Positions 38,525 to 48,250 of a stretch of 64,000 nucleotides of DNA are shown piece by piece. The notes beneath the pieces were generated by a model that was not told the DNA's origin, did no database searches, and saw nothing but the letters and a program-made list of their open reading frames with translations. The stretch comes from Bdellovibrionota bacterium. GTDB taxonomy: Bacteria > Bdellovibrionota_C > UBA2361 > JAAYZI01. Position numbers and translations under genes: made by a program. Location of the stretch: assembly GCA_050950765.1 (NCBI GenBank), contig JBMNIF010000002.1:256001-320000 (forward strand), in the 5' to 3' direction. The stretch's first letter is position 1. The number at the start of each line of letters is the position of its first letter.

Positions 38525-40900
38525 TTAGTAATCGTACTCCATCTTTTCCCAAGCTAGATCTCGTTTTTTAGCTTCTTTATCAGTAACGATATCTTTCAAT
38601 AAAGTTCGTCCAAGTTTGGCATAAACTTGATCTAGTGTCATAGCTCGTCCATCGGGAGTTAGTGGATCTAAGAAATCAGGATGGAAGCGCATCATATGTT
38701 CAAGGACTGCCCTATCATGATCTGACTTTGAAATAATTGACCAGACATTACGTCCGATCTCACAAAAATCGGTAATATTCCACTCCAACATATTATTAAT
38801 GTAAAGCCCGATCTGTAACATCTCTTCCGGCGCAGGTGGTCTATCGAAACCGTAAGTACCACCACTGTAACGCATACGATCTACAACACCGATTAAGTTC
38901 GAAATCAATTGCGGATCACAATGATCCTTGAGAATCTTCTTCTCCAAATCTGCATTAAGGTAGGTAAATTGAACTGGATGAATACGTCTCAATAAAGCAT
39001 CATTTAAGTTTCGGATAAAGTTTTTAGTAAAGATCAGTAGGAGATTATCCGTATTAGCATCGATCGGAGGACGCGACTCTGGAAAAATTGTAGCATCCTG
39101 AATTGGACCTAAAAAGAAGGTATCAATTGCAGTATCGACTTTATCTATTTCATCGATTAAAAGGACAACAGGTTGGTTGTGCGATTTTAGAAAAGCTCTG
39201 GATAAAATACCTAGATTAACCATCTCCTCTTTTGCAGTAAACTTACGACCTGCCATAGCATTTGCTATGCCCATAATGCTAGGCACCTCTATCAGGTGTT
39301 GCGTATTCATACCTGCATAACAACTTAAACACATAAACTCAGCACCGCAGATCTTCGCCAAGCTTTTAGCCAAAAAGCTTTTACCGCAACCTGTTGGCCC
39401 TTCTAAGAGCAACGCTCTAACACGCTCAGTTGGAGTATTTAAAATTAAGCAAACCTGTGTAGCTAAAAATGGTAGGCATTGATACTTAACTTCTGCTAGC
39501 CGCTCTATTAACTGATCGGGAGTCCCTACATTTACTAAGCTGACTCGTTCCGGTTTATAAGCGTGTTCGCGGGCTTCATCTTCGGGATCATCAACGATAT
39601 TACGCAACACTATTCGCCCTAACTTGCCATAAACTTCATCTAGTGTGAGCAACCTTCCGTTAGGTCTTAACGAATCGTGATACTTGGGGTGATAGCGCAG
39701 CATTAATTCCAAGACGAACCTATCAGATTCACCTTTTGCCAAAAGATACCAAACATTTCTTCCAACGAAAGAAAAATCAACGATATCCCATTCCAACATC
39801 TGCCGCACATATCGTGCAACTTTCAACAACTCTTCTGGAGCAGGGGGTCGTTCAAATCGATAAGATCCGTCACCGTAACGCATGGTATCTGCAATCCCAA
39901 CTAGATTTTCAATCAAACGTTCATCACAGTGCGGTTTTAAAACTGCTTTTTCCAGATCTGAATTTAAATACGTCATTGCCACTGGGTGCAGACGACGCAG
40001 CAGCGCATCATTTAAGTGACGTTCATAGTTCTTCGTAAAGATCAGTAATAAATTATCGGTATTAGCTTCAATAGGATCGCGCGACTCAAGCCAGATACGT
40101 GCATCTTGAATAGGTCCAAGGAAGAAGGTATCAATACCGACTTCAACTTTATCAAGCTCATCGATCAGAAAGATAACTGGTTTTTCTTGAGACTTGAGGA
40201 ATGCTCTCGAGATAATACCGAGATTCATTAGCTCCTCTTTTTCTCCAGCGGCACGCCCTGTCATAGCATTAGCCATAGCAAGCGTTGACGGATATTCAAT
40301 CAGATGTTGAAGATCCATCCCTGGATAGCACGTTAAACACATCAGTTCGGCACCCGTGATCTTTGCCAAACACTTTGCCATAAAGCTCTTACCACAACCT
40401 GATGGGCCTTCCAGCAAAATTGAACGCACACTTTCAGTTGGGGAGTTTAGTAGTAACGCCACCTGTGCAGCATTAAACGGCAAACACTGATATCCAACAG
40501 CCTCCAATTTTAATGCGAGTTCTTCCGGAGTACCGACATTAGTTAAGCCGACCTTTTCAACGACGTATTCCTGCTCAAACTTTTCATTACGAACGGCAGC
40601 ACCTGCTCTAGCTTTGTAGATATCATCAGAGTAACCACCACGACGAAAATCTTCATCGTGTTCATCATACTCATCGAACTCTACTAACGGATAATCATCT
40701 TCATCTTCATCACTTATAAAACCGTCCGTATAGTTCTCATCATCCTGTGTGCCATTCCAATCATCTTCAAAAATCAATTCTTCTGTATCAATCTCATCGT
40801 CTAATTCTTTTAACGAAGAATTTTTAGCCTTTATTTTGTTGAGAGATTTAACCTCATCAACTTTTTCAAAACCCCTTTTCAAACCATTTTCACCAGACAT
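38525..40900 (-). CDS. Tandem-duplicated MoxR/CoxD-like AAA+ ATPase with acidic N-terminus
   Basis: Two copies of LLEGP(S/T)GCGKS, LIDE(L/I)DK, LNDALLRR and RPPAPEE. Confidence 0.85.
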   Translation of the reverse strand: MSGENGLKRGFEKVDEVKSLNKIKAKNSSLKELDDEIDTEELIFEDDWNGTQDDENYTDGFISDEDEDDYPLVEFDEYDEHDEDFRRGGYSDDIYKARAGAAVRNEKFEQEYVVEKVGLTNVGTPEELALKLEAVGYQCLPFNAAQVALLLNSPTESVRSILLEGPSGCGKSFMAKCLAKITGAELMCLTCYPGMDLQHLIEYPSTLAMANAMTGRAAGEKEELMNLGIISRAFLKSQEKPVIFLIDELDKVEVGIDTFFLGPIQDARIWLESRDPIEANTDNLLLIFTKNYERHLNDALLRRLHPVAMTYLNSDLEKAVLKPHCDERLIENLVGIADTMRYGDGSYRFERPPAPEELLKVARYVRQMLEWDIVDFSFVGRNVWYLLAKGESDRFVLELMLRYHPKYHDSLRPNGRLLTLDEVYGKLGRIVLRNIVDDPEDEAREHAYKPERVSLVNVGTPDQLIERLAEVKYQCLPFLATQVCLILNTPTERVRALLLEGPTGCGKSFLAKSLAKICGAEFMCLSCYAGMNTQHLIEVPSIMGIANAMAGRKFTAKEEMVNLGILSRAFLKSHNQPVVLLIDEIDKVDTAIDTFFLGPIQDATIFPESRPPIDANTDNLLLIFTKNFIRNLNDALLRRIHPVQFTYLNADLEKKILKDHCDPQLISNLIGVVDRMRYSGGTYGFDRPPAPEEMLQIGLYINNMLEWNITDFCEIGRNVWSIISKSDHDRAVLEHMMRFHPDFLDPLTPDGRAMTLDQVYAKLGRTLLKDIVTDKEAKKRDLAWEKMEYDY

Positions 40901-41128
40901 ACGTATCCTTATCGTTTTATTTTGATATGAAGACCCGAAACGACTAGTGCCTTCTCTTCTTTATTAACTATCGGCAAATTAACAGAAGTTACTTCAGGGG
41001 TATTTTTTATATTATATTAGATAAGATGTTGAAAAAATTAGTTGATTTTTTATAGTATACATTTTCCCTTTATTTACGCCACGTTAGCGTTATTTAGTGC
41101 CAAAAAAACAGGACTATCTCTACGTTAT

Positions 41129-41992
41129 TCAGATATCATCGACACTACCAGCAACAAAAACAGCTATTTTATTTTCATCAGCTCGTTTTATAAACTTATC
41201 AACATCTAGAATGATCGTTTTACCAACTTCAAGGACTAGAGCTGAAACTCCTGCTTTTTTAGCAATCTCTAACGTATCAAGCCCTACGGTAGGCAGATCA
41301 AGCCTTAGATCTTGCTGCGGCTTAGATAATTTGACGATTACGCAGCCCTGCCCAATTTTTCTGCGCGTTGTAGTACCTGCTAGATCTCCAGCTCTTAAAA
41401 TAGCAGCATCAGTCCCCTCAATAGCTTCCACAGCCACTACCAAACGTTGATGCACAATAACAGTCTGACCGATATCAAGGCGACCAAGCTCTTTTGCGAT
41501 CTCCCAACCGAGCCTAGCATCAACTTTTTCTTCCTCAGTTAAAGCACGTTTCGTTAGTAAACCTTTTTGCGAAACACTTTTTCGCAAAAAAATAGTGCCG
41601 TCAAAGATTTCGATGCCACAATTTTGCATCTCTCTTGAAACCTCTCTTAACAAGGCATCATCTCTGATAGATCGACACCTCGCTATAATCGAAATAGCTT
41701 TCAAATCTGGCTTAAAACCACCGAAGAGTTTAATTCTTTTCACACCACCAGCCAGAGCCGCCTGTTTTACGCCATGCTTTTTTAAAAAATCAATAGCACG
41801 CCCTACCTCACCGACCTTAAGCCATTTACACTGTTCAACCAGATCATTTAAACGTGGATCAGCCTCTCCGATAATTGCAACTGCAACGACAGATAATCCA
41901 GCAGCTTTGGCATTTTCTGCAAAATTTATAGGGAAACTACCATTACCTGCGATTAAACCTATTGGAGATACTAGATCTTCAACACGTATCAC
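41129..41992 (-). CDS. lpxI: UDP-2,3-diacylglucosamine pyrophosphatase LpxI
   Basis: GLIAGNGSFP, DIGQ, AVEAIEGTD, KPQQDLRLDLPTVG. Confidence 0.92.
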   Translation of the reverse strand: MIRVEDLVSPIGLIAGNGSFPINFAENAKAAGLSVVAVAIIGEADPRLNDLVEQCKWLKVGEVGRAIDFLKKHGVKQAALAGGVKRIKLFGGFKPDLKAISIIARCRSIRDDALLREVSREMQNCGIEIFDGTIFLRKSVSQKGLLTKRALTEEEKVDARLGWEIAKELGRLDIGQTVIVHQRLVVAVEAIEGTDAAILRAGDLAGTTTRRKIGQGCVIVKLSKPQQDLRLDLPTVGLDTLEIAKKAGVSALVLEVGKTIILDVDKFIKRADENKIAVFVAGSVDDI

Positions 41993-42798
41993 CCTTCGCC
42001 TCCTCGACGACGAAGAGACATCACACCACGCTCTGAATTAAGAATAAATTGAATAAAGGCGTTAGCTAACGGTTCATCACCATACTTCTCCTGTGCTAGC
42101 GCTAAACGTTGACTCATAGTTTTTGAACCCATAAAGATCTCTCTAAAGAGTCTGCGAATCAACTGAATCTGTTCAGGACTAAAGCCGTGTCTTTCAAGCC
42201 CAATCTGATTAATACCGACAAGCCCAGCGTGGTCTCCGTGTGTAATACAGTACGGCGGAACATCTTTTCCCACCATACTACCGCCACCAAGCATTGAAAA
42301 ATCACCAACTTTTACAAACTGATGAATCCCACACAACCCACCAACAATAACATTATTACCAACTGTAACATGCCCAGCCAGTGCGCAAGAATTGGCAAAC
42401 ACATTATTATTCCCAACTATTCCATCATGCCCGATATGGCTATACACCATAAAAAGATTATTGTTACCAACTTTTGTGAAGCCATGACCACCAGCAGTAC
42501 CTGGTTGCAACGTAGCATATTCACGAATAATATTTTTATCACCGATCTCTAAAAGAGTATCTTCTCCTTTATATTTCAGATCTTGTGGTGCAGCACCGAT
42601 AGACGCAAATTGAAAGATATTATTCCCTTCTCCAATTGTAGTACGTCCATCAATCACAACGTGAGAAGCGACTCTAGTCCCCTTACCTATCGTAACTTTT
42701 GCACCAATTACGCTATACGCTCCAACTGTAACATCATCAGCAATGGTAGCTCCATCAGCAATTATCGCCGTCGGATGTATATTCTTTGAATTCGACAT
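41989..42798 (-). CDS. lpxA: UDP-GlcNAc acyltransferase LpxA
   Basis: IHPTA, hexapeptide repeats, PQDLKY, LAGHV, IHQF. Confidence 0.95.
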   Translation of the reverse strand: MSNSKNIHPTAIIADGATIADDVTVGAYSVIGAKVTIGKGTRVASHVVIDGRTTIGEGNNIFQFASIGAAPQDLKYKGEDTLLEIGDKNIIREYATLQPGTAGGHGFTKVGNNNLFMVYSHIGHDGIVGNNNVFANSCALAGHVTVGNNVIVGGLCGIHQFVKVGDFSMLGGGSMVGKDVPPYCITHGDHAGLVGINQIGLERHGFSPEQIQLIRRLFREIFMGSKTMSQRLALAQEKYGDEPLANAFIQFILNSERGVMSLRRRGGEG

Positions 42799-42813
42799 AA
42801 TTTATTCTCCGAC

Positions 42814-43263
42814 TTAATCAATCTCTGAAACCATAGCGCTCAACTCACCACCTGCAACAAAAGTTCCATCAACCGTAGCTTCTGTCTGCACTACCCACAT
42901 ATGACGACGCCTTTTTAAAAACTTAACTTCGATCCTAAGCGTATCACCTGGGATAACCATTTTTTTCCAACGAAAGTTATTAACACCCACAAAATAAACC
43001 AATTTATTACTATCAACATCGTCTGCCATCTTCGCTAAAATAGCAGCAGCTTGTGCCATCGCCTCCATCACAAGCACCCCCGGCATCACAGATTTATTGG
43101 GGAAATGTCCATTAAAAAATTCTTCATTTGCTGTAACGTTTTTTATCGCAACAACACTTTCATCTTTTTTATACTCTATGACCTTATCAATTAATAAAAA
43201 CGGATACCGATGGGGTAAGATCCTCTTTATCTCTTCTATATCAAAAATAACTTCCTGACTCAT
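42814..43263 (-). CDS. fabZ: 3-hydroxyacyl-ACP dehydratase
   Basis: LPHRYPFLLID, GHFP, MPGVL..EAMAQ. Confidence 0.96.
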   Translation of the reverse strand: MSQEVIFDIEEIKRILPHRYPFLLIDKVIEYKKDESVVAIKNVTANEEFFNGHFPNKSVMPGVLVMEAMAQAAAILAKMADDVDSNKLVYFVGVNNFRWKKMVIPGDTLRIEVKFLKRRRHMWVVQTEATVDGTFVAGGELSAMVSEID

Positions 43264-43276
43264 ACTTTCCTCTTTT

Positions 43277-43804
43277 TTAACGACGTTGATCTAACAACTT
43301 AATAACCTTATCAGTTAAATCTAAACGTTCTTCAGCGTACACTATCAGGTGTTGCCCACGCTCAAGAACAAAACGATATCCCTCTTCTTTACACAGTTTT
43401 TTAATTACATTCTGCGTTTCATTAGCAATCTGTTCAACAAGAGAATTATTTCTTCTGGCAAGCTCTTGCATTTTTTTCGAAATCGCTTGTCGTAATTTTT
43501 GATCCTCTCTTCTAATCTCCTCTTGCTTAGCCTGTAAAGCACTCTTCGACAAAACCGCTGCCTGCTTTTTTAACGATTCATGCATCGCTCTAACGGCAGC
43601 CTGTTGTTTTTCAAGCTCAGCCTTCTGTTTTTTAGCATCTGCTTCAAAATTAGCCCTCGCCGCCTTTCCCCGTGCAGACTCCATCACCACTCGCTGCATA
43701 TCAACAAAATAGATGGTATTATCAGCAAAAGACTCACTTGGAAGCATGGCGATATATGCTACCAACAAAAGTAAGCTCCGAAGAGATCTAATACCCAGCT
43801 TCAT
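43277..43804 (-). CDS. skp: Skp/OmpH periplasmic chaperone
   Basis: Signal peptide, FVDMQRV, coiled coil, DLTDKVI. Confidence 0.88.
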   Translation of the reverse strand: MKLGIRSLRSLLLLVAYIAMLPSESFADNTIYFVDMQRVVMESARGKAARANFEADAKKQKAELEKQQAAVRAMHESLKKQAAVLSKSALQAKQEEIRREDQKLRQAISKKMQELARRNNSLVEQIANETQNVIKKLCKEEGYRFVLERGQHLIVYAEERLDLTDKVIKLLDQRR

Positions 43805-43940
43805 AAGCTATTTCCTCAATAAAAACAAAGCACTACTAAGCGCCAAAAAGTATATTGTATGACCTATATAATTGCAAACATTTAGGAATAGCAGCAGAAA
43901 CAACTATTCCACTATCCTAAAAAGCTTGTTTATTACTCTT

Positions 43941-46238
43941 TTAAAGCGGAGCTCCAAAGGAGAATTGTGTAACCATCGAATCTTCGCCCTTTTCTCTATC
44001 GATTGGGAAACCGAACTCTATCCTGATCGGTCCCAGCGGAGATGCCCAACGTAACCCCACACCGTAAGCCTCTCTTAAATCTCCCAGATCTAAACTTTCA
44101 TCATCATCAAAAGCTTGCCCCATATCGTAAAAGATGACTCCTTTCAATCCGGCAGAATTAACAATTGGAAAGATAATTTCTAAATTATTAACAAACTGTT
44201 TATTGCCACCATATTCATTTCCATCTTCGTCTTTAGGCCCTAATGTCCTATCATCAAAACCACGCACGGAATTTATCCCTCCTGGGAAGAAACGTCGGAA
44301 CAACGGAAACTCATCATCACTATCATAGGTTTTACCGTACCCGAAACGAAACCTCCATGAAAAAACCAGATCGCCCCATTCATCACTACGATAAATCGGC
44401 TGATACCATTGATTATGCACCTGCGCCAACCAGAACTCTTCAGAACCGCCCAATCCAGAAAGCTCAATTTCAGCAATCTGCCTAGATCCTTTTGTCGGGT
44501 TTATCGGATTGTTGATAGTATTACGCGTTAACTTGGGAGTAATAGAAGAGGAGGAAGAGGTGCCTTCAGATCTTAAAACAAGTGGCGCAGCGCTTTCATA
44601 ATTTATATCACTGATCTCGATATCTAAATACTCATATCTCATAGAATAGGAGATATCTTCTGCCCACTCACCGAAAGCCTCCTCTAACGGATAACTGGCG
44701 GTCACACCACCACCCATTAATTGTCTGTCAAAATCCGAAAACTCACGATCTGTTTTTAATAAATCAGCCCCCAATCCCCAGTAAGTATCATTAAAACGGC
44801 GATCATGCGCAGATAAGACGATATTATCGCGTTCCGTCCCCATATCTACATTTAATGACAACTGCCGCCCTGTTCCAAGAAAATTATTTTCGGATAAGCG
44901 CATATTAAAAAGAGCGCCATCAGAACTGGAGAATCCAGCACCAACACTAAAAGCCCCTGTGGAACCCTCTCTAACATTAACATCAAGATTTACCTCATCA
45001 TCCCTTTTAGTTTGCTCCGTAGTGATATTCACCTCTTCAAAATATCCCAACCTCTCGAGGAGAGTTTTGCTACGTTTGATCTTTGTTCCGGAGTAGATAT
45101 CTTGTTCATGAATTTTCAATTCACGTCTAATCACGTTATCGTAAGTCTTATTGTTACCGTGAATAACTATTTTATTAACCTTAACGGGCTTTCCTTTATT
45201 AACATTAAAATTAACATTAACTGTATTACGCTCACGATCGACAGCTGTGTTAGGAACCACGTTAACGTAGGCGTAACCGATATCAGAAAACTTCTCACTG
45301 ATCTTAAAAGCATCATTTCTAAGTGCGGTTGCACAAAAAGTATCGCCTGGTTCTGATTTAATACCTTTTAAAGTCTTTTCAGCAGAATAATCTATTAAGT
45401 CACCACTAACAGAGAGCCTTCCAACTTTATAAACTGCACCCTCAACGACATCAAAAACAACGATCAATCCAGCATCATCCTCAATCTTTTCAACAGCAGC
45501 TTCACTTACCTGCGCATCAATCAAACCATTATCAAAAAGGAACTGTTTGATAATATTGCGATCATTCTCCAGAGCATCTTTACTTAAACGACCTGTTGAA
45601 AACAACCACGAGTTCCACCACTTATAACGTTTAGTGGCCATCTTATCCCGCAGATCATCTTCATCTACTGTTTCTAAACCTCTAATTTCGACTTTCCTAA
45701 CTTTATAACGAGGACCTTCCACGACGGTGAACGTCACATCTACCTGATTCTCTCCAACAACGACCACAGAGTGTTCAAACGAAGCATCAAAATATCCACG
45801 TGTTTGATAAAATGCGATAGCTTTTCTAATTAAAGCACTAATGGCAGTTTTATCGACAAACCGTTTTTCACCGAAAGTCATTACTTCTGCCAACTCACTT
45901 TCTGAAATTCCTTCGTTACCTTTGATAAAAACCTTATGCGCAACAGGTTTTTCAATAACAGTATACTTTAAAACTTTACCACGAGGTTCCGTAACTATCG
46001 AAGCTGTGACCTGTTCAAAAAATCCTGTTTTGTAAAGCACCCTGATGTTGTTATCAATATCATCAGAAGAGATTGAACCGACTTTCTTTTTTATATTCTT
46101 GGTAATCGCTTCCGTATCAATCCGACGGTTACCCTCAACAGTAACCCCGACAATATTATATAAGGTGTCGTCAGCAAAACAGACCTGCCCTGCCAATAGA
46201 AACATTACAAGAAGACAAAGCATTCCCCTTATTTTCAT
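43941..46238 (-). CDS. bamA: Outer membrane protein assembly factor BamA
   Basis: POTRA repeats, VRGFD, SPLGPIRIEFG. Confidence 0.95.
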   Translation of the reverse strand: MKIRGMLCLLVMFLLAGQVCFADDTLYNIVGVTVEGNRRIDTEAITKNIKKKVGSISSDDIDNNIRVLYKTGFFEQVTASIVTEPRGKVLKYTVIEKPVAHKVFIKGNEGISESELAEVMTFGEKRFVDKTAISALIRKAIAFYQTRGYFDASFEHSVVVVGENQVDVTFTVVEGPRYKVRKVEIRGLETVDEDDLRDKMATKRYKWWNSWLFSTGRLSKDALENDRNIIKQFLFDNGLIDAQVSEAAVEKIEDDAGLIVVFDVVEGAVYKVGRLSVSGDLIDYSAEKTLKGIKSEPGDTFCATALRNDAFKISEKFSDIGYAYVNVVPNTAVDRERNTVNVNFNVNKGKPVKVNKIVIHGNNKTYDNVIRRELKIHEQDIYSGTKIKRSKTLLERLGYFEEVNITTEQTKRDDEVNLDVNVREGSTGAFSVGAGFSSSDGALFNMRLSENNFLGTGRQLSLNVDMGTERDNIVLSAHDRRFNDTYWGLGADLLKTDREFSDFDRQLMGGGVTASYPLEEAFGEWAEDISYSMRYEYLDIEISDINYESAAPLVLRSEGTSSSSSITPKLTRNTINNPINPTKGSRQIAEIELSGLGGSEEFWLAQVHNQWYQPIYRSDEWGDLVFSWRFRFGYGKTYDSDDEFPLFRRFFPGGINSVRGFDDRTLGPKDEDGNEYGGNKQFVNNLEIIFPIVNSAGLKGVIFYDMGQAFDDDESLDLGDLREAYGVGLRWASPLGPIRIEFGFPIDREKGEDSMVTQFSFGAPL

Positions 46239-46924
46239 TGCGCACGCCTCCCCCAAGTTATTAGGTCTCCCCCTGGCATCATCTCAAATACATCATCCAT
46301 ATTTTCCGCTAAATCGTGGCTATGTGTTGCTACTATCAAGGTACTTCCCACCGATTTATTCAGATCACACAAAAGTCTTTCTATCTCTTTTGCTGTCTTA
46401 ACATCAAGGTTACCCGTCGGCTCATCTGCCAACACCACATCGGGAGTATTAATCAGTGCTCTAGCAACTGCAACTCTCTGCTGCTCCCCCCCAGAAAGTT
46501 GTGACGGACGGTGAGTTGCTCTATCTAAGAGACCGACTTTCTTTAAGATCTCCTTTCCTCGCTCGATAGCCTTCCCCTCACTCTCTCCCGCTAGTAGAAG
46601 CGGCATATAGACATTTTCTAAAGCTGAGAATTCCGGCAGAAGGTGATGAAATTGAAAGATAAACCCTACATGTTTAGCCCTAAAAGCCGCTAAACCGTCT
46701 GGTGATAAGGTGCAGATATTCTGTTCATCGTACCAGATAGCCCCAGAATTCGGCAGATCCAACCCACCCAGAAGATGCAGCAAAGTTGACTTTCCGATAC
46801 CAGACGCACCAAGCAACGCCACTGTCCGACCCTCCGGAAAGGTAAAATTTAAAGACTCAATTACTGTCAAGGTGCGATCAGCATCGAGGTAAGACCTATG
46901 CAGATTAGAAACTGTTATCTCCAA
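46235..46924 (-). CDS. lolD: Lipoprotein-releasing ABC ATPase LolD
   Basis: GASGIGKST, FQFHHLLPEF, LSGGEQQR, DEPTGNLD. Confidence 0.92.
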   Translation of the reverse strand: MEITVSNLHRSYLDADRTLTVIESLNFTFPEGRTVALLGASGIGKSTLLHLLGGLDLPNSGAIWYDEQNICTLSPDGLAAFRAKHVGFIFQFHHLLPEFSALENVYMPLLLAGESEGKAIERGKEILKKVGLLDRATHRPSQLSGGEQQRVAVARALINTPDVVLADEPTGNLDVKTAKEIERLLCDLNKSVGSTLIVATHSHDLAENMDDVFEMMPGGDLITWGRRAQ

Positions 46925-46966
46925 TTCAGACCTCCCTTATTGAAGTTACAAGTATTTTTATCTTCT

Positions 46967-48250
46967 TTACTCATAACGTAACACCTCAGAAGGCGACAAG
47001 CGGCTGGCTCTCCAAGCAGGATAAATCGTCGAAACACAGCAGATTAAAAACGCTGAAACAGCCACAACTGCAAAATTAAAAAACTCTAATCTGACAGGCA
47101 CTGTCGTCGTTGGAAAAACACCTTCCGGCAATTGAAAACCGTACTCTCGTAATAGAACAGCACCCAAATATCCACCAACCGTACCGAGAACGGTACCAAC
47201 CGCTCCGATAATTGCCCCCTGCATCCTAAATATATTTGCCACGCTACTTGTAGTCGCCCCTAAGGTGCGTAACACGGCGATATCTTTACGCTTTTCTATT
47301 ACGATCATAATAAGAGCTGAAATAATGGTAAAGCTGGCTAAAACGATTAATAGTAAAAGTACGATAAAATAAACCGTCTCTTCTAACTGTAACGCCTCCC
47401 AAAGCTCCTTATTACGATTCTTCCAGTCTTGAGTGTAATAACCGCCACCTGGTAAAGTAGATAGAGCTTCATTAATGCGCTGCGCTGTTTCTGGAGCAAG
47501 GTCAATATTATTTACCGCCACATCCAAACCTGTAACGGTATCTCCGATCCTAAAGAACTTCTGCGCCGTCTCCAATCCGACATAAACTAACGTTTCTTCA
47601 TAACCCGCCATGCCCGATTTGTAGACACCTGAGACTGCAAAACGTTTAAAGCGCGGCACCAGTCCGAACGGACTTGAAGAGACTTGCGGACTAAGTAAGG
47701 AGACCGGTTCTCCGGCAAAAATTGAAAGTGCCTTCGCCAACTCCCTTCCGATAATTAAAGCTGGCAACTCAGCGACCTCTTTTTTACCGTTAGATAAAAA
47801 GACATCTATCTTCTGCGATGAAAAAAGGGTCTCAATATCAAACCCCGCCTCTAAGTATCCCGCGAGCTCCTCAGCTGCAACGCTATCTTTTTCCACTCCA
47901 CGAATAATAAGCCCCCGCGCCCGACCATCCATACTGAGTAAAGCTTGGTGTTGCGTAAACGGTGAAACAGTTTTGACATCAGGAACTTCTAAAACTTTTT
48001 TAGAAACCTCTCGCCAATCTCTAATAACACCACCAACTCTTAAAACTTGAACATGCGTATTTCCGACGATCTTTTTACGCAACTCATCTTCGAAACCACT
48101 CATGATGGCCATCGTCATATTTAAAACGATCACACCGATAGCTACCCCTAGTACTGCGATGATCGTAATAATAGTGATAAAAGCCTCTGATCTTTTTGAC
48201 CACAGATAACGCATCGCAATCTTACGCGAGAATCGCAGTGATGACATCAC
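46967..48250 (-). CDS. lolE: Lipoprotein-releasing permease LolC/E
   Basis: IMSGF, EKRKDIAVLRTLGA, YPAWRASRLSPSEVLRYE. Confidence 0.9.
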   Translation of the reverse strand: MMSSLRFSRKIAMRYLWSKRSEAFITIITIIAVLGVAIGVIVLNMTMAIMSGFEDELRKKIVGNTHVQVLRVGGVIRDWREVSKKVLEVPDVKTVSPFTQHQALLSMDGRARGLIIRGVEKDSVAAEELAGYLEAGFDIETLFSSQKIDVFLSNGKKEVAELPALIIGRELAKALSIFAGEPVSLLSPQVSSSPFGLVPRFKRFAVSGVYKSGMAGYEETLVYVGLETAQKFFRIGDTVTGLDVAVNNIDLAPETAQRINEALSTLPGGGYYTQDWKNRNKELWEALQLEETVYFIVLLLLIVLASFTIISALIMIVIEKRKDIAVLRTLGATTSSVANIFRMQGAIIGAVGTVLGTVGGYLGAVLLREYGFQLPEGVFPTTTVPVRLEFFNFAVVAVSAFLICCVSTIYPAWRASRLSPSEVLRYE

